From a virus (Duplodnaviria > Heunggongvirae > Uroviricota > Caudoviricetes): DNA of 64,000 nt. The DNA lies in IMG/VR virus record IMGVR_UViG_3300048573_000453, positions 32,421-96,420 of that record. The stretch is one strand, 5' to 3'. Each line of letters begins with the position of its first letter. Positions within the stretch are counted from its first letter, which is position 1. The notes below the pieces were generated by a model. That model worked only from the letters and a program-made list of their open reading frames with translations. It did not search any database and was not told the origin of the DNA. Of this stretch, positions 53,050-62,515 are shown in pieces. Made by a program: the position numbers and the translations under genes.

Positions 53050-53373
53050 TTAAAAAGCGTATGTTACTGACTCATCTAAACCGATTGCAATAACTTTTGA
53101 ATCATCAGATTTCCAATAACCTTTATCTTCAAATTTATGTTCCACTGTCCACTGTAGGGATTCAATGAGGACCAGATCGCCTTCGGAGAAATCTTCCACT
53201 TTATCTCCTACAGCGATTACTTTCCCCCATCGGGCAGAATTGCCTTGTTGCGAAACATCTTGATTGGTTAGAATGATTGTACTACGATTTTTCTCAATAA
53301 ACCGTCCACCTACAGTCTCATTTACAAAAGAGAATAGAAAGGAGCGTCCTAGAGGTTTAAGTTTTGAAGTCAT
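53050..53373 (-). CDS. GroES-family co-chaperonin (T4 gp31-like)
   Basis: LKPLGRS...GKVIAVG...GDLVL pattern; ~107 aa. Confidence 0.55.
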   Translation of the reverse strand: MTSKLKPLGRSFLFSFVNETVGGRFIEKNRSTIILTNQDVSQQGNSARWGKVIAVGDKVEDFSEGDLVLIESLQWTVEHKFEDKGYWKSDDSKVIAIGLDESVTYAF

Positions 53374-53588
53374 TTTTTTGCTTTAGCTGATGTTTTAGCT
53401 GATTCTGAAGCCATAGATAGTGCTGCTGGAAGCACAGTAGTTTTTGATTTGGCCCCGTCTTTTTCATCGATGAATTTCCGACGATCGTTTACGCTAACAG
53501 GCGTTGGTGTCGACATGAGCTGCTGTTTAATTGCAAGCATATCAAAGTCCACCATTGTGCCTCGTGCGCTTCGTGTTTTTGATGACAT
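53370..53588 (-). CDS. hypothetical protein (72 aa)
   Basis: ORF. Confidence 0.4.
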   Translation of the reverse strand: MSSKTRSARGTMVDFDMLAIKQQLMSTPTPVSVNDRRKFIDEKDGAKSKTTVLPAALSMASESAKTSAKAKK

Positions 53589-53630
53589 TTTAATTTCCTC
53601 CTAAGGTATAAAGATCTATTTATCACTAAT

Positions 53631-54161
53631 TTAATCGTGAAAAAACTCAAGATGCGAGATGTCGTATTTCACTGGGTCAATACAGTGAACGCCAATTAAG
53701 AACATTATTAGGGAAGCGCATGAAGATCCCCGGCCAACTCCATACACTACCCCATTAGATTTAAAGTAATCAATAACATACATTAGCGTTTTGACCAGGC
53801 TGTCAAGATTGCGCGCTTTGATCTCCTGAAGTTCTATTTCGAGGCGCTCCTGATATTTTTGGAAATTTGCAACATATTCAAACTTTTCTGAAAGCAGATT
53901 GTGAAGCGTTGTTGAAATTTCCAAATTGAAAAATCGACTTGGAATCTTCCAACTAAAATCTGGAGAAAAGTCAATATCTACTTCTCCGCATTTTATCGAA
54001 ACATCAGCAAGTCGATTGTACTCAAGAACGTCATCGTCACATTCAAAGGCTGCAATTTTTTCAATTGGAACTCCCTGAATGAGCAGATCGACAATTTTAT
54101 CAGACGAAACTTGACAGGTCCCATCATAAAATAGGATCCTGTCTTCAAGAACTGTTTTCAA
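53631..54161 (-). CDS. hypothetical protein (176 aa)
   Basis: ORF. Confidence 0.45.
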   Translation of the reverse strand: MKTVLEDRILFYDGTCQVSSDKIVDLLIQGVPIEKIAAFECDDDVLEYNRLADVSIKCGEVDIDFSPDFSWKIPSRFFNLEISTTLHNLLSEKFEYVANFQKYQERLEIELQEIKARNLDSLVKTLMYVIDYFKSNGVVYGVGRGSSCASLIMFLIGVHCIDPVKYDISHLEFFHD

Positions 54162-54448
54162 TTTGCCGCTTTGGTAATCATTTGAACTGCGTGAGCTGAA
54201 AGCTTTCGCAGTACTGTATCCTGAACATTGGTATAAGGCTGCTCAACAAAAAACTGCACTTGACCCCATTGCCCGGTTTCCAGAAACTTTGCAGCAGATT
54301 CAATGTGAGCGGAATTCGTCGGATCGAAAAATTCACGAGAAATTACAAAACGACGGAGAATGTTAGAAGTCATCAACATATTTTTGGTCCTATTGAAAAG
54401 ATTGTGTTCTACGAACTTAAGGTTTTTTGGTAGCTTGTTCAACAGCAT
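54158..54448 (-). CDS. hypothetical protein (96 aa)
   Basis: ORF. Confidence 0.4.
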   Translation of the reverse strand: MLLNKLPKNLKFVEHNLFNRTKNMLMTSNILRRFVISREFFDPTNSAHIESAAKFLETGQWGQVQFFVEQPYTNVQDTVLRKLSAHAVQMITKAAN

Positions 54449-54743
54449 TGAACTTTTCGCTAAATTCGCTTTTTCGTTCAGTTTCTGTCATTTCAGGCTT
54501 ACGATTTCGATCAGTGATTTCTGCAGTAGATTTCTCAAAAACTGGGTTACTAAGACCTTGCGACTTGCCTTTCGGCAAGTAACTCGGGGTGATAGCGTTC
54601 AGCAAAATAAGCGTTGTAAAACAGGTAACTAAAAGAAACATGCTTTTCCCGATGGTCAACTTCTTTTTACTATGCAGAACGTATGCACTGATTATAAACA
54701 AAATCAGCACAATAATCGGCAGGAAGTTAAAAAATAATACCAT
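54417..54743 (-). CDS. small membrane protein (108 aa)
   Basis: Hydrophobic ORF. Confidence 0.45.
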   Translation of the reverse strand: MVLFFNFLPIIVLILFIISAYVLHSKKKLTIGKSMFLLVTCFTTLILLNAITPSYLPKGKSQGLSNPVFEKSTAEITDRNRKPEMTETERKSEFSEKFNAVEQATKKP

Positions 54744-55642
54744 TATTTTGAATTCGCAGTCGGCATAGTCATCAACACATTGGCCGCCTTATCACCACCC
54801 ATAACAGTTTGTGGCAGAGCGCCATCCCATTTTTCAATCCATGCACGCTCATTTTCCAGTTGGCGAAGTTTCAAAACTTTGTCATCAACCACGGCCCGCT
54901 GAATTTCCTGACTCTTAGCTTCAATTTGAGCTTTCTCCAGTTCAATTTGTCGACGTAGACGGGTTTCTTGAAGTTCGCGTTCCAATGTCACTTTCGAAAT
55001 TTGCAATTGAGCTTCTTCTTGTTGAATACGTTCACGACGCTCAGCAGCATTTTCTTGTGCCTCAGTGATAATTTCGGGGTACTTGATCGAAGTGATACCA
55101 GCGTAGCGCACTGTGAAAGGGGTTCGTTCTTGAATACGTTTGGACAGAGCTTCACGCAAGTCGCCGTTTACCTTTTCAAGGCTACCTGCGATTTCTGCAA
55201 TGCTGTACTTTGACAAGTATTCACGAGTCTCGGTCAAGACGATTTGCTTGGCATAGGTGCTATAAATGAAGTCCCAAGGAATCAAACCGACTTCACCGTC
55301 AGATTGCGTTGGCGGGATAGTAGAAAACAACGATTCTGCTTTACGCGGGTCAATAGACAGCGTCACCTGCATGACAACGTCCAAATTCAACTTATCTTCT
55401 GGGATGAAGATAGTCAAAGACTCTTGCTTAGCCTTATCAGAAGCATCCATCAAGACCAGCTTGTCACAGTACCAAATACAGAATGGCAGGCGAAATTTAC
55501 TAGTCGGGATTGTATTTTCCTGGTAGCCATCCTTGGTCATGATCTTACCCACGTGAGCAGGAGGAACTTCGACTCGCTGGCCACAGGCAGCAAGGATCAT
55601 GACAGAGGTAGCAATAATAGAAGTTTTAAAAATAGATTTCAT
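54743..55642 (-). CDS. lipoprotein with SPFH/band-7-like region and C-terminal coiled coil
   Basis: Signal peptide + lipobox ILAAC; coiled-coil EEAQLQISKVTLERELQETRLRRQIELEKAQIEAK. Confidence 0.45.
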   Translation of the reverse strand: MKSIFKTSIIATSVMILAACGQRVEVPPAHVGKIMTKDGYQENTIPTSKFRLPFCIWYCDKLVLMDASDKAKQESLTIFIPEDKLNLDVVMQVTLSIDPRKAESLFSTIPPTQSDGEVGLIPWDFIYSTYAKQIVLTETREYLSKYSIAEIAGSLEKVNGDLREALSKRIQERTPFTVRYAGITSIKYPEIITEAQENAAERRERIQQEEAQLQISKVTLERELQETRLRRQIELEKAQIEAKSQEIQRAVVDDKVLKLRQLENERAWIEKWDGALPQTVMGGDKAANVLMTMPTANSK

Positions 55643-55902
55643 CGGAAGATCCTAAAAGTTGTGGTGAGCGAATTATACCACAATTTTGCTTAGTGGTGGC
55701 AATTTTTGCCAGACGGATGATACCGCTCTAGAACCTGATGCCATGCCGCCACGGGAGCCTGCTACTGCAGAACTCCTTGAAGATGCAACGTTGCTTACTT
55801 CAGAAGCTTATTTGCCCAATCATTTCGGGGCTTAACAGCAATTCTTTTCATTAAAAGCAGGCCTTAATTAAATTATAAATAAAATTTTATAGGAGTGAGA
55901 TT

Positions 55903-56469
55903 ATGAAAATACAGGAAATTTTTGATACTAACGTAGATGTCGAATGGCAGCAAAATGGTAGATTTGAACTAGCATCATTTGTTTATGGTGAAACTTATGT
56001 AATCCAGATCGAGAAAAAGAAAATACCCAAACTAACGGAATTAAATGGTGCGAAACTGGCTGAAGCTTCATTTTACCGGACCGGAATTGAAGGGGAAAAC
56101 GCTTCGTTCACGACGACTAAGCAAGCAATTGACGTTCCGGTCCGAATTTACGGTGTAGTTTTAAATGCGGTTTCTGAAAAAATTGACGAATATGATGCGT
56201 TTATTTTTACTGCTGAAACAAAGCATTGTAGAACGGCTGAAGAGTTTTCATCAAAAAGGGATATTTATTCTGCAATCGCTGATAGAATAACTAAACGAAT
56301 GCACAACATTTTTTATTATGAACGCTTAACTGAAAATTCAGCGGAGTTTTTAATTACAAAAATTAAGCTATCGGAAGAAACTCAGGATAAAACAAATTTT
56401 AAAAACCCAAGGGCTGAAGCCATAAAAGCATTGAATTTGAAACCTACGGTATTACGTCCTAAATCTTGA
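55903..56469 (+). CDS. paralog family A protein (plus strand; tandem duplicate 1)
   Basis: Exact TATAAATA late-promoter-like octamer and AGGAG RBS upstream; MKIQEIFDT... like 56466..57023. Confidence 0.55.
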   Translation: MKIQEIFDTNVDVEWQQNGRFELASFVYGETYVIQIEKKKIPKLTELNGAKLAEASFYRTGIEGENASFTTTKQAIDVPVRIYGVVLNAVSEKIDEYDAFIFTAETKHCRTAEEFSSKRDIYSAIADRITKRMHNIFYYERLTENSAEFLITKIKLSEETQDKTNFKNPRAEAIKALNLKPTVLRPKS

Positions 56470-57023
56470 AAATACAAGAAATCTTTGATACGTCTGCGGA
56501 TATAGTTTGGCAGCAAAACGGTAGATTTGAACTAGCATCATTTGTGTGCGGTGAAAAATATGTTATTCAGATTGATAGAAAAAATCTAAATCAGTTCCCA
56601 GAATTAAAGCGTTCAAGGGTCGCAGAAATTTCGTTTTTTCGCTATGATGTTGATGATTCTGACGCAGCGCATACTACTGCACGGCAAGACTTAGATGTGC
56701 CCGTTAAAGTTTACGGAATAGTTTTAAATGCTCTATTAAAAAAGATGGAAGAATACGACGCATTCTTTTTCTCCGCGGAAACCAAACATTCGCCAACATT
56801 AGAAGAATACAAGTCTAAGAAATCAATTTATTTCTGGATTGCCGACCGCGTTTCTAAAAAATTATCAGGCGTAACACTTTATGAATACGAATGCAATGTT
56901 AGCGCACAATTCTTAATAAGCAAAATCAAACTTGCCAAAGAAACACAAAACGCGACCGGCTTTAAAAATGCACTTGCAGAAGCTTTAGCTGCTACCACAT
57001 TCACTTTTGCAAGCGCCAAATAA
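56466..57023 (+). CDS. paralog family A protein (tandem duplicate 2)
   Basis: Start overlaps the stop of copy 1. Confidence 0.55.
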   Translation: MKIQEIFDTSADIVWQQNGRFELASFVCGEKYVIQIDRKNLNQFPELKRSRVAEISFFRYDVDDSDAAHTTARQDLDVPVKVYGIVLNALLKKMEEYDAFFFSAETKHSPTLEEYKSKKSIYFWIADRVSKKLSGVTLYEYECNVSAQFLISKIKLAKETQNATGFKNALAEALAATTFTFASAK

Positions 57024-57025
57024 TT

Positions 57026-57829
57026 TCAAATTGATAGAAAGGGTATAGGAAACATCGAAGTGAGTCGCAAAGCCGAACAATCTGGAAGATACCCAATATC
57101 AAGTTCTGAAATTACTGAACGCTTAATAATCGGTGCATGATCCGGCCGATGCTTCTCTGGTATTTTAGAAAGTTGTTCCCGAGAAAGTCTCGAAATAACA
57201 TGTTGCCGTTTTACAAACGTGCCAGATTTAAAATGTAACGGTTCTAAATGCCATGGTTTCCCAATTTCCTGAAGCATGCGTTTTTTCTCTTCGCTGCAAA
57301 CACCGTGAAGCTGCTTACTTGAAAAGTGCGCTTGCGCTGCCATAGAAATGCTGTTCTTAATAGCGTCATTCTGTCGCCACAGGAAGTTTAGATATACATC
57401 TTTTGGCACGACATTCCAAACGCGCGCATCAAAAACGGGAATAGCATCAGCTTTTTCCGGAATGCGTTTACCCAATTCCTTTGCAAAATATGCGCTCGCC
57501 ATTCCAGCCATCACAGAACAAAGCTTTTGGTACTTTCCATCGTACCAGTATTGGCGAGTTTCAGTTTGGTCGTTAAACCAATACAAACTGATTTCATCTG
57601 ACTGTGTATATCCAAGTTCAGCATTTGTCTTTTCAACCAAATATTTGGTCGTATCAATCATAAGTCGGCTAAGGCGCAAATCATATGGTCGCTTCAAGCC
57701 TTTGGTAAATGTGTGAAACGCTTTGCCATCAAGGCGACACATCAACGGAAGCGTGGCATCACATTTTCTACCGGCTTCTGCCTGTTCATCAGATTTCAAA
57801 CGATCACCAAGTTTATCTTCTTTGTTCAT
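57026..57829 (-). CDS. Thg1-like protein (tRNA-His guanylyltransferase / 3'-5' polymerase family)
   Basis: CRLDGKAFHTF; KRPYDLRLSRLM; GYTQSDEISLYW matching Thg1 motifs. Confidence 0.75.
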   Translation of the reverse strand: MNKEDKLGDRLKSDEQAEAGRKCDATLPLMCRLDGKAFHTFTKGLKRPYDLRLSRLMIDTTKYLVEKTNAELGYTQSDEISLYWFNDQTETRQYWYDGKYQKLCSVMAGMASAYFAKELGKRIPEKADAIPVFDARVWNVVPKDVYLNFLWRQNDAIKNSISMAAQAHFSSKQLHGVCSEEKKRMLQEIGKPWHLEPLHFKSGTFVKRQHVISRLSREQLSKIPEKHRPDHAPIIKRSVISELDIGYLPDCSALRLTSMFPIPFLSI

Positions 57830-58200
57830 AGTAGGATGAAAATAATTAAAACGTAAGTTAGGGAATGTAGAAACTGATCAAAGCCTAATAGGACCCAGAA
57901 CTGTTCGTGGGTTGTAGGTTCATATCCGAGCTTTTTATTGAGATTCATTTTTGCCCAATCAATATGGTAATGAATAAATCCATCTAAAAGCCCCAACATA
58001 ATCGCCATTGGCAAATTAGCAAACCAAATTAAAACAAGATAAGTTCCCCAAGCATGTAAACCAGAATGAATCAACCCGCCAGGATGCCCGTAGGTCCCCT
58101 TGTTTTTGTACTGGTACGGGAATGCCTGCAATGGGAAATCCACAATAAAATGTTTTGAAAATAGTAAAACTAAAACTACTAAAATTTGTTCAGGTGTCAT
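57826..58200 (-). CDS. membrane protein (124 aa)
   Basis: Hydrophobic ORF. Confidence 0.45.
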   Translation of the reverse strand: MTPEQILVVLVLLFSKHFIVDFPLQAFPYQYKNKGTYGHPGGLIHSGLHAWGTYLVLIWFANLPMAIMLGLLDGFIHYHIDWAKMNLNKKLGYEPTTHEQFWVLLGFDQFLHSLTYVLIIFILL

Positions 58201-58270
58201 ATTTCAAAATATTCAGTATTGATGCAGAATTTTTGACATCTCTTCAAAAACCTCATGGCTTACTAGCATT

Positions 58271-58723
58271 TTACTTCCAGTCTAGATCAAGCGGTTCAGT
58301 GTATTCCTGGCCCAGAAGGATCGGGAATGTTATGGGAGGCAAGTTAATCTCATCTCCAGTGAAATTATAACACAGAGAAACATGCGGATGGTAAACCGGG
58401 TAGTCGTAAGTCGCAGAATGTTTTGCCATGAGCTGCAAATGGCGTGCGACAAGTAGCGGGCAGTGAAGTAGTGCAACTAAAGTTTTTGTGCCGTCTTCGT
58501 TAGGGAAGATGGTGAAGTCTTTAAACTCGGCCTCGAACACTGTATCGGGTTCGGCTATGATGTCGTGTTTCTTACGACTATAGATGACTGTAGTATGCAA
58601 AGTGGATGGGCACTCTTCGATGCCAACATCTTTTGCATATGCAAGCAGTTTCTTCTCGGTTTCCGGGAGAACGTACAACCCGACATACGTTCCTTCCGTA
58701 TGATAAAGATCTTGTAATTTCAT
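58271..58723 (-). CDS. 2H phosphoesterase superfamily protein (LigT/Acb1-like)
   Basis: Two H-x-T/S-x motifs: HTTVIY and HVSLCY; ~150 aa. Confidence 0.55.
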   Translation of the reverse strand: MKLQDLYHTEGTYVGLYVLPETEKKLLAYAKDVGIEECPSTLHTTVIYSRKKHDIIAEPDTVFEAEFKDFTIFPNEDGTKTLVALLHCPLLVARHLQLMAKHSATYDYPVYHPHVSLCYNFTGDEINLPPITFPILLGQEYTEPLDLDWK

Positions 58724-58734
58724 TTGCTATTTTC

Positions 58735-59259
58735 CTATTTTAGGTTTTGGTATGTAACATAGATGCCTGGTTGGTCGCCAATTATTTTCCTGCGTTTTGT
58801 CCAATCATCTATGTTTTTTAGCGATTTTAATTGATAGCCCCAAATGTAATCTGCACCAGCAATCGTAACCGAATAATCTTTCAGTTTTCTACCAATTCCA
58901 GAATTTTTATAATCTGGGTGCACAAACAGCCCTATCCCCTCAATGCCGCGTTTTCCTTGAATATCTTTGGCGTATAAGTCAAGATCCGTTGCTGCATCTT
59001 GCGGCATATCCTGTCTTGACAGGAAATACGCCCCAACAACTTTATCCCCATCTTTGACAATTTTTGATATGCGGGGATCAAATACTGAGAGGATTTCCCT
59101 TGCATAATCCCTATCATTATTAACGTGCGGTGCAAATGTTTCGGTTCCTAAATCCAATGCGCCGGCCACATCTTTTTTGTTTGTCGCATCCACGAACGTG
59201 AATTGGAGATGTTCGTTTATTTTTGTAATTCTATATGAATACAATTCCTTAAGTATCAT
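58735..59259 (-). CDS. GNAT family N-acetyltransferase (start at ATG 59259)
   Basis: GIEGIGLFVHPDYKNSGIGRKL motif A. Confidence 0.55.
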   Translation of the reverse strand: MILKELYSYRITKINEHLQFTFVDATNKKDVAGALDLGTETFAPHVNNDRDYAREILSVFDPRISKIVKDGDKVVGAYFLSRQDMPQDAATDLDLYAKDIQGKRGIEGIGLFVHPDYKNSGIGRKLKDYSVTIAGADYIWGYQLKSLKNIDDWTKRRKIIGDQPGIYVTYQNLK

Positions 59260-59260
59260 T

Positions 59261-59767
59261 TTATTCCTTGGGCTTCTGTGAACTAGCGGGGATATCGGAA
59301 TAGCCTTCGCTTCCAACGTATTTATTCCGTTCATAGGCGTCATATTCATGCTGACCTTCAACCCAAGGTCGAGAACCAACTGCAGAATCATCTGAAGCAT
59401 GTGCACCATACTTTGCCATTATAAGCTTTGAGAACCCGTCAATCGATGCAACATAGGAAAGATAGATTGCGAAAATATCCCAAGTCAGTTGACCCTGCAA
59501 TGTTAACTTGATCACAATGAACGTGCCAACAATCCCGCCAATCAATTGTAACACTTTTGTGGCAGAAACTTTAGTTCCGTCACGCGTAATCATGTCCATC
59601 CAATCAAATCGTCTTGCTTGCTGTGCACGATAGACCGCAATCATGAATACGCTAAAAATCAGCACGATGACTGCTGCGTAAATATTAAACGTGAACCCGA
59701 ATAAAGTGACCATAGAATCCTGCTGTAACTGTGTTGCGGCTATAACTTCCGCAGGTAAATCGTCCAT
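59261..59767 (-). CDS. membrane protein (168 aa)
   Basis: Hydrophobic segments; stop overlaps the downstream start (TAAAATG). Confidence 0.45.
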   Translation of the reverse strand: MDDLPAEVIAATQLQQDSMVTLFGFTFNIYAAVIVLIFSVFMIAVYRAQQARRFDWMDMITRDGTKVSATKVLQLIGGIVGTFIVIKLTLQGQLTWDIFAIYLSYVASIDGFSKLIMAKYGAHASDDSAVGSRPWVEGQHEYDAYERNKYVGSEGYSDIPASSQKPKE

Positions 59768-59863
59768 ATCAGACTCCGTTATTTGTTATTAGATGTGAGT
59801 ATTTATTCGCGCGGTTCAAAAAATGTAAATACGTAAAAATTCTCAACACTATAGGAACATAAA

Positions 59864-60520
59864 ATGCTTGAAACTATTTGCGATGTTATGCTTGAAGCTT
59901 ACAAAAGAAACTGGATTACTTCGCGTGATGGGAATGTCAGTATTCGCCATCATGATAGAGATCACTTTTACATTACTCCTAGTGGAATCCGTAAACAAAC
60001 TTTGCAGCCAGATCAATTTAAAAAGATTGGCATCACAAGACACCTTAAGTCAGGTACAGGCAAACTAGAGTTTGCCTATGGGTGGGAAGATTTGCCGTAT
60101 ACAGATATCAGCAAGAATTTGAAACCAAGTGGAGAACTTCCGCTCCACTTGGGGCTGCAGAAAGAAATGGGTCAACATGTGAATGATGTTAGAGTCGTCG
60201 TCCATGTTCACCCTACTTACTGTATTGCTGCAATGCATGCAGGAATAGATTTAAGTACTATTAGTAAAAACTTCCCCGAGCTCAACAGGTATACTAAGGT
60301 TGCGCCTAATGTTGGAGAGGTCGCTCCCATTTCTGAAGAGTTAGGAACGCAATGCTGTGATAATCTTGGGGTGGATGCGCAGGGTAACATCAAATTTGAT
60401 ATTGTGGGCATTAAGGGCCATGGAGTGGTCGCGATTGATACTTCGCCATGGCGCGCATTTGAGCACATAGAGCGAGTTGAACATATTTGTAAAATTGTTC
60501 TTGCGAGTGGCGTCAAGTAG
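59864..60520 (+). CDS. class II aldolase/adducin N-terminal domain protein (plus strand)
   Basis: GNVSIR ... ITPSG ... PSGELPLH ... HVHP pattern. Confidence 0.5.
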   Translation: MLETICDVMLEAYKRNWITSRDGNVSIRHHDRDHFYITPSGIRKQTLQPDQFKKIGITRHLKSGTGKLEFAYGWEDLPYTDISKNLKPSGELPLHLGLQKEMGQHVNDVRVVVHVHPTYCIAAMHAGIDLSTISKNFPELNRYTKVAPNVGEVAPISEELGTQCCDNLGVDAQGNIKFDIVGIKGHGVVAIDTSPWRAFEHIERVEHICKIVLASGVK

Positions 60521-61766
60521 CCTCTGCCCAATCATAGGCGTAAACCACGCTTTGCCATTCGGTATTGGTTCCATCCCGGTAGTCGATTGTTACAAAATAA
60601 TCGCCACTGATAGAAACCCCCAAACCAAACTGCTCAGTGTAATTGGGGGCTGGAGGCCCGATTATAGTGTCGTTTAGAATCCAATTAGTTCCAGCCCTGA
60701 TATAACAGTAAACTGCGCCGCGATACTCGCCTCCAGCGTCATCTCCATAGGCACTAATGATTAATCTGTCAGGAGATAAATCCATAAACTCCCCGAACCA
60801 CGCCCACGGGGATGGATGCGGATTTTCTATACTTGCTTCAAGCACCCAAGAATTTTGCGTCAATCTATAAATTGCTGCGGACCCAGAATTATCTAAAGAG
60901 TTTTCGACACCAAATGGCCACCCAACGCAAATAGCCCCAGCTGACATGGAAACGGCAACCATTATTTGCATCCATTGATAATTGTAAGGATGTGGTGAAG
61001 TAATCGTTTGGTGCAAAATCCAAGAACCGTTTTCAAACTTGTATATTTTTACAACCGGAGTTTCACTATAAACTTGGCCATTTGCTAATGAAGACGGATG
61101 ATTAAGCCCGCCAACAACAATAAAGCCGCCATCTGAGGAAATTGATTTCGGGTTAAATGTTGTTCCGCTTTCATCCGAAATCATGATCGTGTTCGATAAT
61201 GACCAGCTCGCACCAGTTCTGGAGTAATGAAAAATACAGGTTGCTGAAGCATCAAAAAGATCTAAAGACCCAAGAACCACTAGCGAATTTTCTAGTAAGC
61301 TCATTTCCGCGAAATAAGTCGAGTTTGGGTAATTTACTGGGGGCTTAATAGATTGTAATAATCCCCATGTCGGTAAAGTCCTGTCAAACATATGAATGGC
61401 TCGATTAATTGCATCCCCTCCCTGAGATGAAGAATAGATTGCGGCCTGATTGGAATTCAAATTTACGGTTGTTCCAAAGCCTACACGAAAAGCAATAACT
61501 GGAGGCGGAATCTCTTGATCCAGTGTCCAAGTTCCAGCAACATTTTTATATGCGAACGCCATTCCCGTGTCTTGTGCACCCGTATCATTAAAAGCATTAC
61601 CAATTAGTAGCGTATCGCCAAATACATCAATATGAGTTGCAAATCTATTTTGGAAATTTGTCCCATATGGATTAGTAATTTTGGCGTTAAAATTCCACTG
61701 CATTGGAACGTTCTTAAAGAAGTAAGAATTTATAAACATTTTTCCCTTTATTGCCAAATTTCCCAA
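60513..61766 (-). CDS. putative structural/receptor-binding protein, beta-propeller-like (417 aa)
   Basis: Gly/Asn-rich repetitive pattern. Confidence 0.4.
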   Translation of the reverse strand: MGNLAIKGKMFINSYFFKNVPMQWNFNAKITNPYGTNFQNRFATHIDVFGDTLLIGNAFNDTGAQDTGMAFAYKNVAGTWTLDQEIPPPVIAFRVGFGTTVNLNSNQAAIYSSSQGGDAINRAIHMFDRTLPTWGLLQSIKPPVNYPNSTYFAEMSLLENSLVVLGSLDLFDASATCIFHYSRTGASWSLSNTIMISDESGTTFNPKSISSDGGFIVVGGLNHPSSLANGQVYSETPVVKIYKFENGSWILHQTITSPHPYNYQWMQIMVAVSMSAGAICVGWPFGVENSLDNSGSAAIYRLTQNSWVLEASIENPHPSPWAWFGEFMDLSPDRLIISAYGDDAGGEYRGAVYCYIRAGTNWILNDTIIGPPAPNYTEQFGLGVSISGDYFVTIDYRDGTNTEWQSVVYAYDWAEAT

Positions 61767-62515
61767 GCAACTGTACCCTCCGCAGATTCCCCTCCATATG
61801 CACCTATTGTCATAATATAGTCCCCAGAAATAGGTACAGCATATTCGATGTAACTCGCCAGATTTTCATAGTCATCATTCGCCTGAACTTCCGTTCCATC
61901 TGGCGCAATTAGGCGGATGTAAGTGTCTCCAGTTGCTGAAGCCGAAGGTAAATTACATGTTCCAAACTTAATACTCTGATCAACTATTAAACTGACACTA
62001 ATATCGAGTGTATTGACAGTTGCATTTTGCGTATTCGTCACGTTAAAGTTCTGGGAAGATGCCGAGACCTGGGTGAGAACTGGGGGAGGTTGGGGAGGTG
62101 CTCCGTTCGGATCGATATATTCAACGGTGTATTGTAGATATTCTCCCCCAACGACATACAAAAAGTATTCAATATGCTTTGATCCAATACCGCTCGAAAA
62201 TATCTTGAAATCCCCTGGTCCGCTAATGTAAACTTCCCATTGTCCAAATCCAGGATCCGTTATAGTAATATACGCCACATCAGTTTCATAATACGGCGTG
62301 GTCTCGCTGCTGGAAACCTCATGACTAATATAACCTCCGTCTTGATCTCTGGTCACAATGCGCCTGTAAACGGCGAAGTTAGACCCAGAATAATCCCCCG
62401 GATCCCAATAAGAATCCCCAGTTTCACTTCCTGAATAAAATTGAGGCGGCGTTGGGCTAAACCACCATTCTTCTGAAGTAGTTGTTGCGGCTAGAAAATA
62501 ATAAGAGTTGATCAT
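61748..62515 (-). CDS. putative tail-fibre/adhesin component with PPC-like C-terminal domain
   Basis: GDTYIRLIAPDGTEVQANDDYENLASYIEY...GDYIMTIGAYGG pattern resembling the pre-peptidase C-terminal domain. Confidence 0.4.
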   Translation of the reverse strand: MINSYYFLAATTTSEEWWFSPTPPQFYSGSETGDSYWDPGDYSGSNFAVYRRIVTRDQDGGYISHEVSSSETTPYYETDVAYITITDPGFGQWEVYISGPGDFKIFSSGIGSKHIEYFLYVVGGEYLQYTVEYIDPNGAPPQPPPVLTQVSASSQNFNVTNTQNATVNTLDISVSLIVDQSIKFGTCNLPSASATGDTYIRLIAPDGTEVQANDDYENLASYIEYAVPISGDYIMTIGAYGGESAEGTVAWEIWQ

